Shown piece after piece: positions 9,010 through 17,088 of a stretch of 29,478 bases of DNA. Where the stretch lies: assembly GCA_027491735.1 (NCBI GenBank), contig JAOZGP010000012.1, positions 1-29,478 of the forward strand. Reading direction: 5' to 3'. The DNA is from Thermoproteota archaeon (GTDB lineage Archaea > Korarchaeota > Korarchaeia > Korarchaeales > Korarchaeaceae). A program made the translations under genes and the position numbers. The notes beneath the pieces are model-generated. The model was not told the origin of the DNA. It did no database searches and worked only from the letters and a program-made list of their open reading frames with translations. Within the stretch, counting starts at the first letter, position 1. Each line of letters starts with the position of its first letter.

Positions 9010-9634
9010 ACCTCTCCCTCCTGACTATCTCCTCGGCTGTTTTGACGGGATTCTCCGAGGAGAGGATAGCCCTGCCAACTATCTCGAAGTCAGCTCCACA
9101 CCTCAGAGCCTCTCCTGGAGGAGCTCCCTGCTTTATAACTCCAGGAGAGATTATCGGGAGGTCAGTGAGCTCTCTCACCCTCCTTATCTGTTCCGCTTTG
9201 GTGGCGCCGATCACCAGCCCATCTATCCCCACCTCAATTCCATAGGAGAGCAACCTCTCCACGTTCTCCTCGAGGAGGGGGGCTCCGTGGCTCATGATCA
9301 GGACACCTATCATGTCCGCCCCCCTGCGGTGAGCCAGTTTAATGGGTTCCTCCAAGCTAAAGGGAAAAATATGGGCGATCACACAATCAAATCCCTTATT
9401 CAGAAGTTTTTCTACCAAAAAGGAGTTTATGAACGGAACGTCAGCCATCTTTATGTCAGCTATTCTGTAATCCGTGCCCATCCTGGCAGCAGCGTCCAGA
9501 CCTATCTCGAAGATCAACGGAAGGCCTATCTTCACGGCTACTACGAAATCGGACAGTCTCCTGATCAGATTGTAGTTGACCGGATGATCAACAGCCAGTA
9601 TGAGTTGAGAGCTCTTCTCACGAGAGATCTCCAT
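8981..9634 (-). CDS. pyrF: Orotidine-5'-phosphate decarboxylase
   Basis: LILAVD, DIKMADVP (DxKxxD), MSH, SPGV and IVGRAI motifs. Overlaps pyrD. ORF open to 9673. Confidence 0.93.
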   Translation of the reverse strand: MEISREKSSQLILAVDHPVNYNLIRRLSDFVVAVKIGLPLIFEIGLDAAARMGTDYRIADIKMADVPFINSFLVEKLLNKGFDCVIAHIFPFSLEEPIKLAHRRGADMIGVLIMSHGAPLLEENVERLLSYGIEVGIDGLVIGATKAEQIRRVRELTDLPIISPGVIKQGAPPGEALRCGADFEIVGRAILSSENPVKTAEEIVRRERFVRSRSSWS

Positions 9635-9682
9635 GAGACGGGAAAGTAGCATAAGGAAAAGTATCCAGCTCAAATAAAAAAC

Positions 9683-10051
9683 CTATAAGCTCCTCTCCTC
9701 CACCATCTGGAGGAGCTTGAAAATGTCATAATTCTCTATAACGGGGATGCCGGACTCACTCAAGAGGAACTTGCACTCTTCGGGAGCACTTTTCACCAGC
9801 ACCACATAGTCCATACCTGTATCTATCTTCTTAACAGAGATCGCAAGGGCCTTCTTAACTGTCAGCTCTCCGTCCAGTATTATAACTGCCAGAGGACCCT
9901 TCTTTGTGTTCACCAGGAAATTGACCTGGTGATGAACAGAGGAGGACCCTACTACCGAGTAGTCGACGTTGAAAGGAATTCCCCTCTTTCTGAGCTCCTC
10001 GGAGATCTTCTCCTTTATTAGATCAGAGTCCAGAATCTCAGGTGGGGACAT
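9683..10051 (-). CDS. Hypothetical protein, probable degenerate PD-(D/E)XK/restriction-endonuclease-like fold
   Basis: VVGSSSVHHQVNFLV resembles the G-x-SG-x-x-H-x-x-D motif of Mrr-like domains, with the Asp replaced by Asn. Confidence 0.55.
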   Translation of the reverse strand: MSPPEILDSDLIKEKISEELRKRGIPFNVDYSVVGSSSVHHQVNFLVNTKKGPLAVIILDGELTVKKALAISVKKIDTGMDYVVLVKSAPEECKFLLSESGIPVIENYDIFKLLQMVEERSL

Positions 10052-10270
10052 CTTGCTAACTACCTTCTCCTCATGAACCTATTCGGCCATCTCTGTTCAA
10101 TTAAGAACATCCCCATCGCAAAAATATTAAAACTGAGCTACTGTGATTGATTGTAGACTCACTTAAAACATAAACGTTTTGCTTGGAATATTAAAAGTAG
10201 ATTATTTCTATGAAACTCATTGTCTTGACATCAAAGTTCATCGGTTTCCGATGCCAGTTGGGTTGATTCG

Positions 10271-11140
10271 ATGCTCATAGAGCCTCTCGCCTTTGACAGC
10301 ATGGGCGTTCGAAGCATGGCTACATTCATCAGGACAAGAGATCTCGGGATTCTGATAGATCCAGGAGCTGCCTTAGGTCCGAAGAGATATGGTCTGCCGC
10401 CCCATCCATTGGAAATCCAGACTCTAGAGCTTTTGTCGAGGAGGATAGAGAAGAAGGCTCTGGAATCTGATGTCATAGTGGTGACTCACTACCACTACGA
10501 TCACCACAACCTGGGGGATAGAATATCTCTGGACGTGTACAGGGGGAAGATCCTCTTCATAAAGGATCCGAACAATATGATAAATTTTAATCAAGGAAAA
10601 AGAAGAGCCCCTCTCTTCCTGGAGAAGATCAGAGATCTTCCAGCCAGGATAGATGTGGCTGAGGAGAACTCGCTGAGGGTCGGGGACACCGTGGTGAAGT
10701 TCTCCAAGGCAGTCACGCATGGTGCCGACGCCAGGTTGGGCTATGTGGTCGAAGTCTACGTCTCAGATGGCAAGACCAGCTTCCTCCACAGCTCGGATGT
10801 GGAGGGTCCTGTCAACGAGGAGCAGGTGGAGTTCATCCTGGAGATGAACCCAGAGGTCCTGTTCCTCGACGGACCCATGACCTACATGCTCGGCTACAGG
10901 CTTTCACAGGACCACTTGAGAAGGTCCGTGAAGCTCGTTGAGAGGATAGTCGATGAGACAGACGTGAGAAAGATCGTGTGGGATCACCACCTGCTCAGGG
11001 ATCTCCACTTCCGAAGTAAGATAGCAGGCGCTCTTGAGCACGCTTCAGGGAGAGGTGTGAAGATCATGACAGCTGCCGAGTTCCTAGGTGAGAGAAACCA
11101 TCTGCTGGAGGCCCGAAGGAGGGAGCTTTACGGCAGATAG
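10271..11140 (+). CDS. UPF0282 (COG2248-type) MBL-fold metallo-hydrolase
   Basis: DSMGVRSMAT, IDPGAALGPKRYGLPPHP, THYHYDHH, SDVEGP and DHHLLRD motifs. Confidence 0.92.
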   Translation: MLIEPLAFDSMGVRSMATFIRTRDLGILIDPGAALGPKRYGLPPHPLEIQTLELLSRRIEKKALESDVIVVTHYHYDHHNLGDRISLDVYRGKILFIKDPNNMINFNQGKRRAPLFLEKIRDLPARIDVAEENSLRVGDTVVKFSKAVTHGADARLGYVVEVYVSDGKTSFLHSSDVEGPVNEEQVEFILEMNPEVLFLDGPMTYMLGYRLSQDHLRRSVKLVERIVDETDVRKIVWDHHLLRDLHFRSKIAGALEHASGRGVKIMTAAEFLGERNHLLEARRRELYGR

Positions 11141-11263
11141 ATCCTCCTCCTTCGAAGGGGACATCACGTTGGAGGAGCTGAGCGATCCACCATCCCCGGA
11201 GACAACGATTTTTAGTATTTGAGACGATCGATCTGTCGGTGGTTTCATTTGCACTTTGACAAG

Positions 11264-12631
11264 ATGAGAAAGCTCGCATCTCTCGGAGCAGATTTAGGAG
11301 CTGAGTTTGTCGAGATGAGGTATGAACGAGCTCAGGGGGTAACTGTCCTAGCCGAGGACGAGGTTGTAAGGGTTCTGTCCTATGGAGAAAGCGAGGGATT
11401 CGGTATCAGGGCTTTCTTCAAGGGAGCTTGGGGGTTCTCCTCCACACAGAGGTTGGATCTATTGGAGGAAAGTCTTAGAAACGCCGTCAAATTGGCCAAA
11501 CTTTCTTCAAAGATGAAGAAAGACGTTTTCGAGATGAGGGGGTGTTACTTAGTGGGGCACTCCAAGCTCTACGCTAAGATAGATCTAGAGGACGTGAGCA
11601 TGGAGGAGAAGGCAAAGCTTGTCCTGGAGGCACAGAGAGCTGGGAGGAAATTAGACAGGATCAAGAGCATAACGACCAGGTATTCTGACGAGAAGGTCCA
11701 CAAGGAGGTCGTGAACAACTTCGGAGTGGAGACCTCCTTGGACACGTCTCGAGTCAGCTTCATGACCAGGTCCTATGCCAGCGAGGGAGGGATCACGGAG
11801 AGAGCCATGGAGACGGCAACGGGCACGGGGGGTTATGAGATAGTCCTGGAGGGTGATCCCCTGGGAAAAGCTGAGGAAGCTTCGAGGCGAGCGATTGACC
11901 TTCTTTCGGCTAGATCAGCTCCTTCCGGAAAATTCAAGGCGATATTAGATCCGAAGTTGGGTGGAGTCTTCATCCACGAGGCCTTCGGTCATGCCAGCGA
12001 GGCGGATCTCGTCTTGGCTGGAATGAGCCTTTTGGAAGGAAAGGTGGGACAGAAGATTGGAGCGGAGCTAGTCCAAGTGATCGACGATCCGACAGTGGAT
12101 GGGCTCTTCGGAAGCTACAGCTTCGATGATGAGGGAATGCCTGCCAGGCGGAAGGTGATCGTGGAGGGGGGAGTTCTGAAGGGATTCATGCACAACCTGG
12201 AGAGCTCGTCCCGCATGAACTGTGAGAGCACCGGAAACGGGAGGACCTGCTCCTATGACGCCCCCCCTATAGTCAGGATGAGCAACACTTTCATAGATCG
12301 AGGGGATAGCTCGTTGGATGAGATGTTGTCTGAGATGAGGAGAGGCATATATGCCTTAGGTTCTCTCTATGGCTACACGAACCCGGCCAAGGGACAGTTC
12401 ATGTTCAAGGCGGAGGAGGGATGGCTCGTCGAGAAAGCTGAACTCAAACAGAGGCTAAGAGAGGTTGCCCTCTCCGGAGACATTCTCAGCATGCTGATGA
12501 ACGTGGAACTCGTAGGAAAGGATCTATCTTTCCAGGGAGGATACTGTGGCAAAGACGGACAGACTGTACCCGTATCGATAGGATCTCCACACGTCCTCGT
12601 CAGAGAGGTGGTGTTCGGTGGAATGGGATGA
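11264..12631 (+). CDS. tldD: TldD metalloprotease subunit
   Basis: HEAFGHASEAD, FDDEG, STGNGR, PIVRMSNT and CGKDGQTVPV motifs. ATG 11264 is preferred over TTG 11219. Confidence 0.93.
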   Translation: MRKLASLGADLGAEFVEMRYERAQGVTVLAEDEVVRVLSYGESEGFGIRAFFKGAWGFSSTQRLDLLEESLRNAVKLAKLSSKMKKDVFEMRGCYLVGHSKLYAKIDLEDVSMEEKAKLVLEAQRAGRKLDRIKSITTRYSDEKVHKEVVNNFGVETSLDTSRVSFMTRSYASEGGITERAMETATGTGGYEIVLEGDPLGKAEEASRRAIDLLSARSAPSGKFKAILDPKLGGVFIHEAFGHASEADLVLAGMSLLEGKVGQKIGAELVQVIDDPTVDGLFGSYSFDDEGMPARRKVIVEGGVLKGFMHNLESSSRMNCESTGNGRTCSYDAPPIVRMSNTFIDRGDSSLDEMLSEMRRGIYALGSLYGYTNPAKGQFMFKAEEGWLVEKAELKQRLREVALSGDILSMLMNVELVGKDLSFQGGYCGKDGQTVPVSIGSPHVLVREVVFGGMG

Positions 12632-13922
12632 GGTTATAAGGAAAGGAATCAGAGAAGTCGATCAGGTCGAGATATACGAGGAGAAATCCCGTATAGTAGT
12701 AGTCGACGTTGAGAAAGGAGAAATCAAGCGGGCTGAGGCCAGCTTCTCTTCGGGAGTTGGTATCAGGGTTCTGAAGGATAAGCAATTGGGTTTTGCCTAT
12801 GGAAACACGGGAGCGGTGGAGAGAGTACTGGAGAAGGCCATAAGGGGATGTAAGGCCAACAGAGAAGATCCAAACCTTCCAGGCTTCACCCCTGAATCGA
12901 AGCCGAGCAGTGCGGAAGATCTGTTCGACCACAGATTGGATGAGATAGAACCCGATGAGGTGTTCGATCTGGTTGGCGCCATGGTCGAGGCCTCGAGGAT
13001 ATCAGACAAGGTTTACTCTATCTCGGCCAGCATGGAAATCGCTTCAACTCAGATAACCGTGGTCAACTCGGAGGGCTTGGATCTCACGGAGAAGAGGACC
13101 ACGCTCTCTGCTGGATGCTATGTATCGTCCAGAGATGGAGATAAAGCCAGCACTGGATCTGAGATCGGTGAGGGAAGGTCTTTAGACTCTGTAGATCCCG
13201 AGTTCATAGGGAGAACTGCTGGAGAAAGAGCCATAGCATCTCTGAACTCCGTTCAGGCAGAAACCGGCGAATATCCGATGGTCATATTACCCAGAGCTTC
13301 TCCTAAATTCCTCGGTTTCTTAGTTGGTTCTGCTGCAAGCTCCGATAATTTACAGCATGGCAGAAGCTTTTTAACTGGAAAGCTCGGAACCGCGATAGGT
13401 AGGTACGAGATATCTCTCGTAGATGATGGTCTACTCGCAGGAAGGCTTGGAAGCAGGAGCTTCGATGATGAGGGCACGCCCACTAGGAGAACCTATGTTG
13501 TGAGAGGCGGGATCTTTGAGAGCGCTATCTACGACAGGTACACTGCTCACAAAGAAGGAAGAGAGAGCACCGGAAACGCCAGAAGGTCTTACAGCTCCAT
13601 ACCCAGCGTGGAGCGCAACAACGTGGTTCTTTTGGCGGATAGGTTGTCCGGTGATGATGTGATGGACGTCAGGAGGGGCATTCTCCTGATAAGCACAGGA
13701 GATAGCCCGAACCTAGCTAACGGAGAATTCTCAGGGTTGATAAGCGAAGGATTTCTGATAGAAAACGGGGATGTGGCCAGGGGTCTCAGGGGAACCAACT
13801 TCTGCCTGAGTCTGCTGGACTTTCTGAAGAACGTAGAGGTCGTGGGAAAGGAGGTGAGGGATATTGCGGGAGTGATATCTCCTCCCATAAGGGTAGGAAA
13901 AGTGAGGATAGCTGGCTCTTAG
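12618..13922 (+). CDS. pmbA: PmbA/TldE subunit
   Basis: GIRV, FDDEG, STGNA and NGEFS motifs; lacks HExxxH. Overlaps the tldD stop. Confidence 0.9.
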   Translation: MEWDEVIRKGIREVDQVEIYEEKSRIVVVDVEKGEIKRAEASFSSGVGIRVLKDKQLGFAYGNTGAVERVLEKAIRGCKANREDPNLPGFTPESKPSSAEDLFDHRLDEIEPDEVFDLVGAMVEASRISDKVYSISASMEIASTQITVVNSEGLDLTEKRTTLSAGCYVSSRDGDKASTGSEIGEGRSLDSVDPEFIGRTAGERAIASLNSVQAETGEYPMVILPRASPKFLGFLVGSAASSDNLQHGRSFLTGKLGTAIGRYEISLVDDGLLAGRLGSRSFDDEGTPTRRTYVVRGGIFESAIYDRYTAHKEGRESTGNARRSYSSIPSVERNNVVLLADRLSGDDVMDVRRGILLISTGDSPNLANGEFSGLISEGFLIENGDVARGLRGTNFCLSLLDFLKNVEVVGKEVRDIAGVISPPIRVGKVRIAGS

Positions 13923-15154
13923 ACATCAAAGTAGTAGTTTCTCTCCCAATCGCTCACATGAAGCCTTTCCTCTAAGATCTCCTTCTCCTTTATCTTCACA
14001 TACCTCTCGAAGATCTTATCCCCGACAGCTTGTATTAGGACCTTGTCTTTCAGGGCGTAACTCATCGCCTCCTCCAAGGATCCGGGGAGTGTGTCCACGG
14101 AGTCTCTCGCATGGTAGAGATTGTCCTCGTAGGGTTCACCTGGATCGAGCTTCTTTTCTACTCCATCCAAACCGGCCGCGAGGACGGCTGAGAGCAGGAG
14201 GTATGGATTGCTTGAGGGATCAGGTGCTCTGTACTCTATCCTGTGGGAGCTGCTTTCGTTGGCCACGGGAACTCTCACCAGAGCGGATCTATTTCTATAT
14301 CCCCAGGCTATGTAGACAGGAGCCTCAAACCCAGGAACGAGCCTCCTGTAGGAGTTCACAGTGGGAGAGGCGAAGAACGCCAGGGCCTTGGCATGACCCA
14401 ACACTCCAGCTAGGAAGTTCAGTGCTAGATCCGACAGCCTTCCGTTCTCTCCGGAGAAGAACATGTTTTCGTCGTTTTTGAAGAGGCTAAGGTGAAGATG
14501 CATCCCCGATCCGTTCATCCCCTCAAATGGCTTCGGCATGAAAGTGGCTCGAAGGCCCAGGTCCGAGGCCACCTTCTTTATGGCAACCTTATACGTCAGT
14601 ATGTTGTCCGCTGTCCTCACAGCTGAGCTATACCTGAAGTTTATCTCGTTCTGTCCGGGAGCCACTTCGTGGTGCATCACCTCCGGTTGAAGTCCGAGAT
14701 TCCTCAGCTCCTCAGCAAACTTCATCCTGAGCTCGAGCATGTCATCAAAGGCATGAAAGTATCCTGCCGAATCGTACGGCTTACCTTCCTTGAGGAGGAA
14801 GAACTCTACTTCCGCCCCAACCCGGAAGTCCATTCCAAGCTTCCTTTTGAGCTCCTCAACATTTTCCTTAAGTTTTATTCTTGGATCTATTCCTGTCGGA
14901 TCCACAACCTCAGCTGTGACCATGGCGACCTTGCCCCCGTTCAGGGAGGTCACACACAACGTCTCTGGATCCCCTCTCACAACTATATCGGATTCTTCTA
15001 TCCCCGTCATGGCGACGGAGGATCCGTCCACGTCTATGCCTTCCGTGATCAGTTGGTCATAGAGTTCCTTTGTTATCGTGAACATCCTCACTCTGCCGGA
15101 TATATCGCAAAACCTCACGACGACGTATTTCAAATCTCCAGGAAGGGCTTCCAT
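13919..15154 (-). CDS. glnA: Glutamine synthetase type I family
   Basis: DGSS, GAEVEFFL, HHEVAPGQNEI, FMPKPF.G.NGSGMHLHLS, RLVPGFEAP, NRSALVRVP and RIEYR motifs. Confidence 0.92.
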   Translation of the reverse strand: MEALPGDLKYVVVRFCDISGRVRMFTITKELYDQLITEGIDVDGSSVAMTGIEESDIVVRGDPETLCVTSLNGGKVAMVTAEVVDPTGIDPRIKLKENVEELKRKLGMDFRVGAEVEFFLLKEGKPYDSAGYFHAFDDMLELRMKFAEELRNLGLQPEVMHHEVAPGQNEINFRYSSAVRTADNILTYKVAIKKVASDLGLRATFMPKPFEGMNGSGMHLHLSLFKNDENMFFSGENGRLSDLALNFLAGVLGHAKALAFFASPTVNSYRRLVPGFEAPVYIAWGYRNRSALVRVPVANESSSHRIEYRAPDPSSNPYLLLSAVLAAGLDGVEKKLDPGEPYEDNLYHARDSVDTLPGSLEEAMSYALKDKVLIQAVGDKIFERYVKIKEKEILEERLHVSDWERNYYFDV

Positions 15155-15177
15155 ATCTCGGTGAAAAAGCAGTTAGA

Positions 15178-15185
15178 TATATAAA
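15178..15185 (-). promoter_or_regulatory. TATA box of glnA
   Basis: TTTATATA on the minus strand ~24-31 nt upstream of the glnA ATG. Confidence 0.6.
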
Positions 15186-15254
15186 TATCCCTGAAAAATA
15201 TACTAAAGAACGGGAGGCTTTTCCTCTGATAGGAGCGCTCTCCGGAGTCCTTCA

Positions 15255-15272
15255 CTAAAAAATCTTTTTTAG
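15255..15272. promoter_or_regulatory. Perfect inverted repeat CTAAAAAA-TC-TTTTTTAG, candidate operator
   Basis: 8-bp arms with a 2-nt spacer, 22-39 nt upstream of the regulator start in the divergent glnA/regulator gap. Confidence 0.5.
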
Positions 15273-15293
15273 CGGTAAAATGTTTGTTTTTGT

Positions 15294-16202
15294 GTGAGCG
15301 AGCACTACCTCCTGGAGGTTCCTTCTGGTAAGCTTTACCGGATCGTTCTCGCAAAACCGGAGGCGGTAAGAGCCATATCATCTAGAACTGCTGTGAAAAT
15401 ACTAAAGGAACTAGCTAAACCTACTTACGCCTCCGATCTAGCAGCTAGATTGGGCATAAATGAGCAAAACGTGTATTACCACATCAGAAGGCTGAGGAAG
15501 TTTGGATTGCTGGATCTGGTCAGGGAGGAGGAGAGAGGAGGAGCTATCGCCAAGGTCTACAGAGCCAAAGCAGGGATAGTGGCGGTCAAACTGTTTGATA
15601 CAGAATCAGAGAGGAAGATCTCGGGAAGAGTTGAGCCGGGTCCTCTGAGACCGTTTATATCAAACGGACGCTTGAACGCCGAGATCGTCATAGGCAGCCC
15701 CGAACCTCACGGCAAGTACAGATCTCCAGCCTCAGATGGCTTCGTCGCCATAGCTCTAGCGATGTTTTTGGGGAGCTTCCTCAGAGAGATAAGGTTCCCG
15801 GTGTACAAGCTGGACACCCAGGTTCGGGAGGTGGATCTGAGGGGCAACCTGATACTGGTCGGGGGTCCCAAGGCCAACATGATATCCAACTCGGTGAACA
15901 ATGAAATGCCCGCCAGGTTCGAATTCTCCGAGAGCAGAAGGGAGTGGCTGATCAAATCTCGAACCAGGGTTCATGCTGGGAAGAGGATAGGGCTCATAGT
16001 TAAGGAGAGAAACCCTTTCAACCCTGAGAGCAGTGTTCTCCTTCTGGCAGGCACTGGCTTCAGGGGAAGTGCTGCAGCTGTGATCGGACTTCAGAAGTAC
16101 TTGAATCTACTGAAGGATAGCAGAGCTCTCATAGTCGCCGGTCTGGACTCGGACGCTGATGGAATCATAGATGACTGCGAGCTCCTCGAGGTCGTGCGCT
16201 GA
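15294..16202 (+). CDS. ArsR-like winged-HTH regulator fused to an uncharacterised C-terminal alpha/beta domain
   Basis: KILKEL..PTYASDLAARLGINEQNVYYHIRRLRKFGLL HTH. The C-terminal domain has GSPEPHG, NLILVGGPKAN and LLLAG motifs. Confidence 0.8.
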   Translation: MSEHYLLEVPSGKLYRIVLAKPEAVRAISSRTAVKILKELAKPTYASDLAARLGINEQNVYYHIRRLRKFGLLDLVREEERGGAIAKVYRAKAGIVAVKLFDTESERKISGRVEPGPLRPFISNGRLNAEIVIGSPEPHGKYRSPASDGFVAIALAMFLGSFLREIRFPVYKLDTQVREVDLRGNLILVGGPKANMISNSVNNEMPARFEFSESRREWLIKSRTRVHAGKRIGLIVKERNPFNPESSVLLLAGTGFRGSAAAVIGLQKYLNLLKDSRALIVAGLDSDADGIIDDCELLEVVR

Positions 16203-16224
16203 GGAAAGAATTTTATGTTTTTGA

Positions 16225-16545
16225 ATGAGATACTGCGTGATGAAGCACCTGGATGAGCCTCGCCATCTCAAGGACGGTCTAAAGCTCCTAATGTCGACTT
16301 CATCGGGAGCCACTGCTGTCTGGTACGGCAACAAGATCCAGAGCTACATATACAGGGGATGGAGGGATGAACTGGAGAAGAGAGGAATTAGCTGGAGATC
16401 CTTCCTCAGGGTGATGTCAACGTTGACCAATACCCTGGAGAAGTGGGTTAAGGACGAGATGTCTTGGGAGGAACTCCTCTCGCTTGTTGAGAAAGCGCTT
16501 AAGGTTGAGACGAGGAGTTCACTCGAGGAATACCTCGTGGGATGA
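16225..16545 (+). CDS. Hypothetical Trp-rich helical protein
   Basis: 106-aa ORF with host-like codon use, directly downstream of the regulator. Confidence 0.7.
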   Translation: MRYCVMKHLDEPRHLKDGLKLLMSTSSGATAVWYGNKIQSYIYRGWRDELEKRGISWRSFLRVMSTLTNTLEKWVKDEMSWEELLSLVEKALKVETRSSLEEYLVG

Positions 16546-16587
16546 TTCTTTTCGGCTAGAACCAGATAATAGCCACATGAGGCCTTC

Positions 16588-17018
16588 ATGAGTGGAGGTA
16601 AGATTCAGCTAGGGGCTCAGACACCAGATCTGGTGAGATGTGTTGCGGGGAGACTCATCACGGATGAGAATGGGTCAACATGCCCAACATGGGCGTGGAC
16701 GTGGTGGTAAGAGGACTCATAAAACATCGCTCCCATTCATCGCTAGGAACATATCCAGACGCAGACCAAGGGCCCGCACGGTAGCTGCGCCCAGCTTAGA
16801 GATCGTGGTCAGAAGGCTCATGTTCACGTGAAGAGTAGATCTTGCACTTTTCTTCCAGAGAACATAGACAGGAAGAGATCCTTGGAAGGACAGTGGATCA
16901 TCTTAAAGCCAAAGGATTGATCTCTGGGGATAAAACGATCTTCTCCGCTGGACTTCCCTTCAGCCATAGGGAAACCAGCATGTTCAGAATTGTGGAGGTC
17001 GGTGAAGGCTTCGACTAA
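16588..17018 (+). pseudogene. pyk: Pyruvate kinase remnant (frameshifts, internal stop, large deletion)
   Basis: Colinear fragments GGKIQL...VRCV..., VNMPNMGVDV, IARNISRRRPRARTVAA...VVRRLMFT*(W position)RV, and LKAKGLISGDKTIFSAGLP...TSMFRIVEV match PK B-domain and C-domain consensus. Confidence 0.7.
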
Positions 17019-17054
17019 GGCCGCTCTTGATCAAAAAGATTGACGAGGATGAAA

Positions 17055-17060
17055 TTTAAA
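17055..17060 (+). promoter_or_regulatory. TATA box of the surface protein gene
   Basis: GAAA-TTTAAA ~29-34 nt upstream of ATG 17089. Confidence 0.45.
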
Positions 17061-17088
17061 ATAGATCAACCGGTTTCCTTGAGGTTGA

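Noticed and set aside
8528-9649. 373-aa plus-strand ORF
   Set aside because: Antisense shadow of pyrD/pyrF, with Ser/Pro-rich composition and no motifs.
11144-11177. CTCCTCC...GGAGGAG stem after the UPF0282 gene as a terminator or ncRNA
   Set aside because: The stem is short and low-complexity, with no adjacent U-tract.
16829-16831. In-frame TGA as Sec/Trp recoding
   Set aside because: It lies in a fragment with several frameshifts, and TGA is the normal stop for many genes here.
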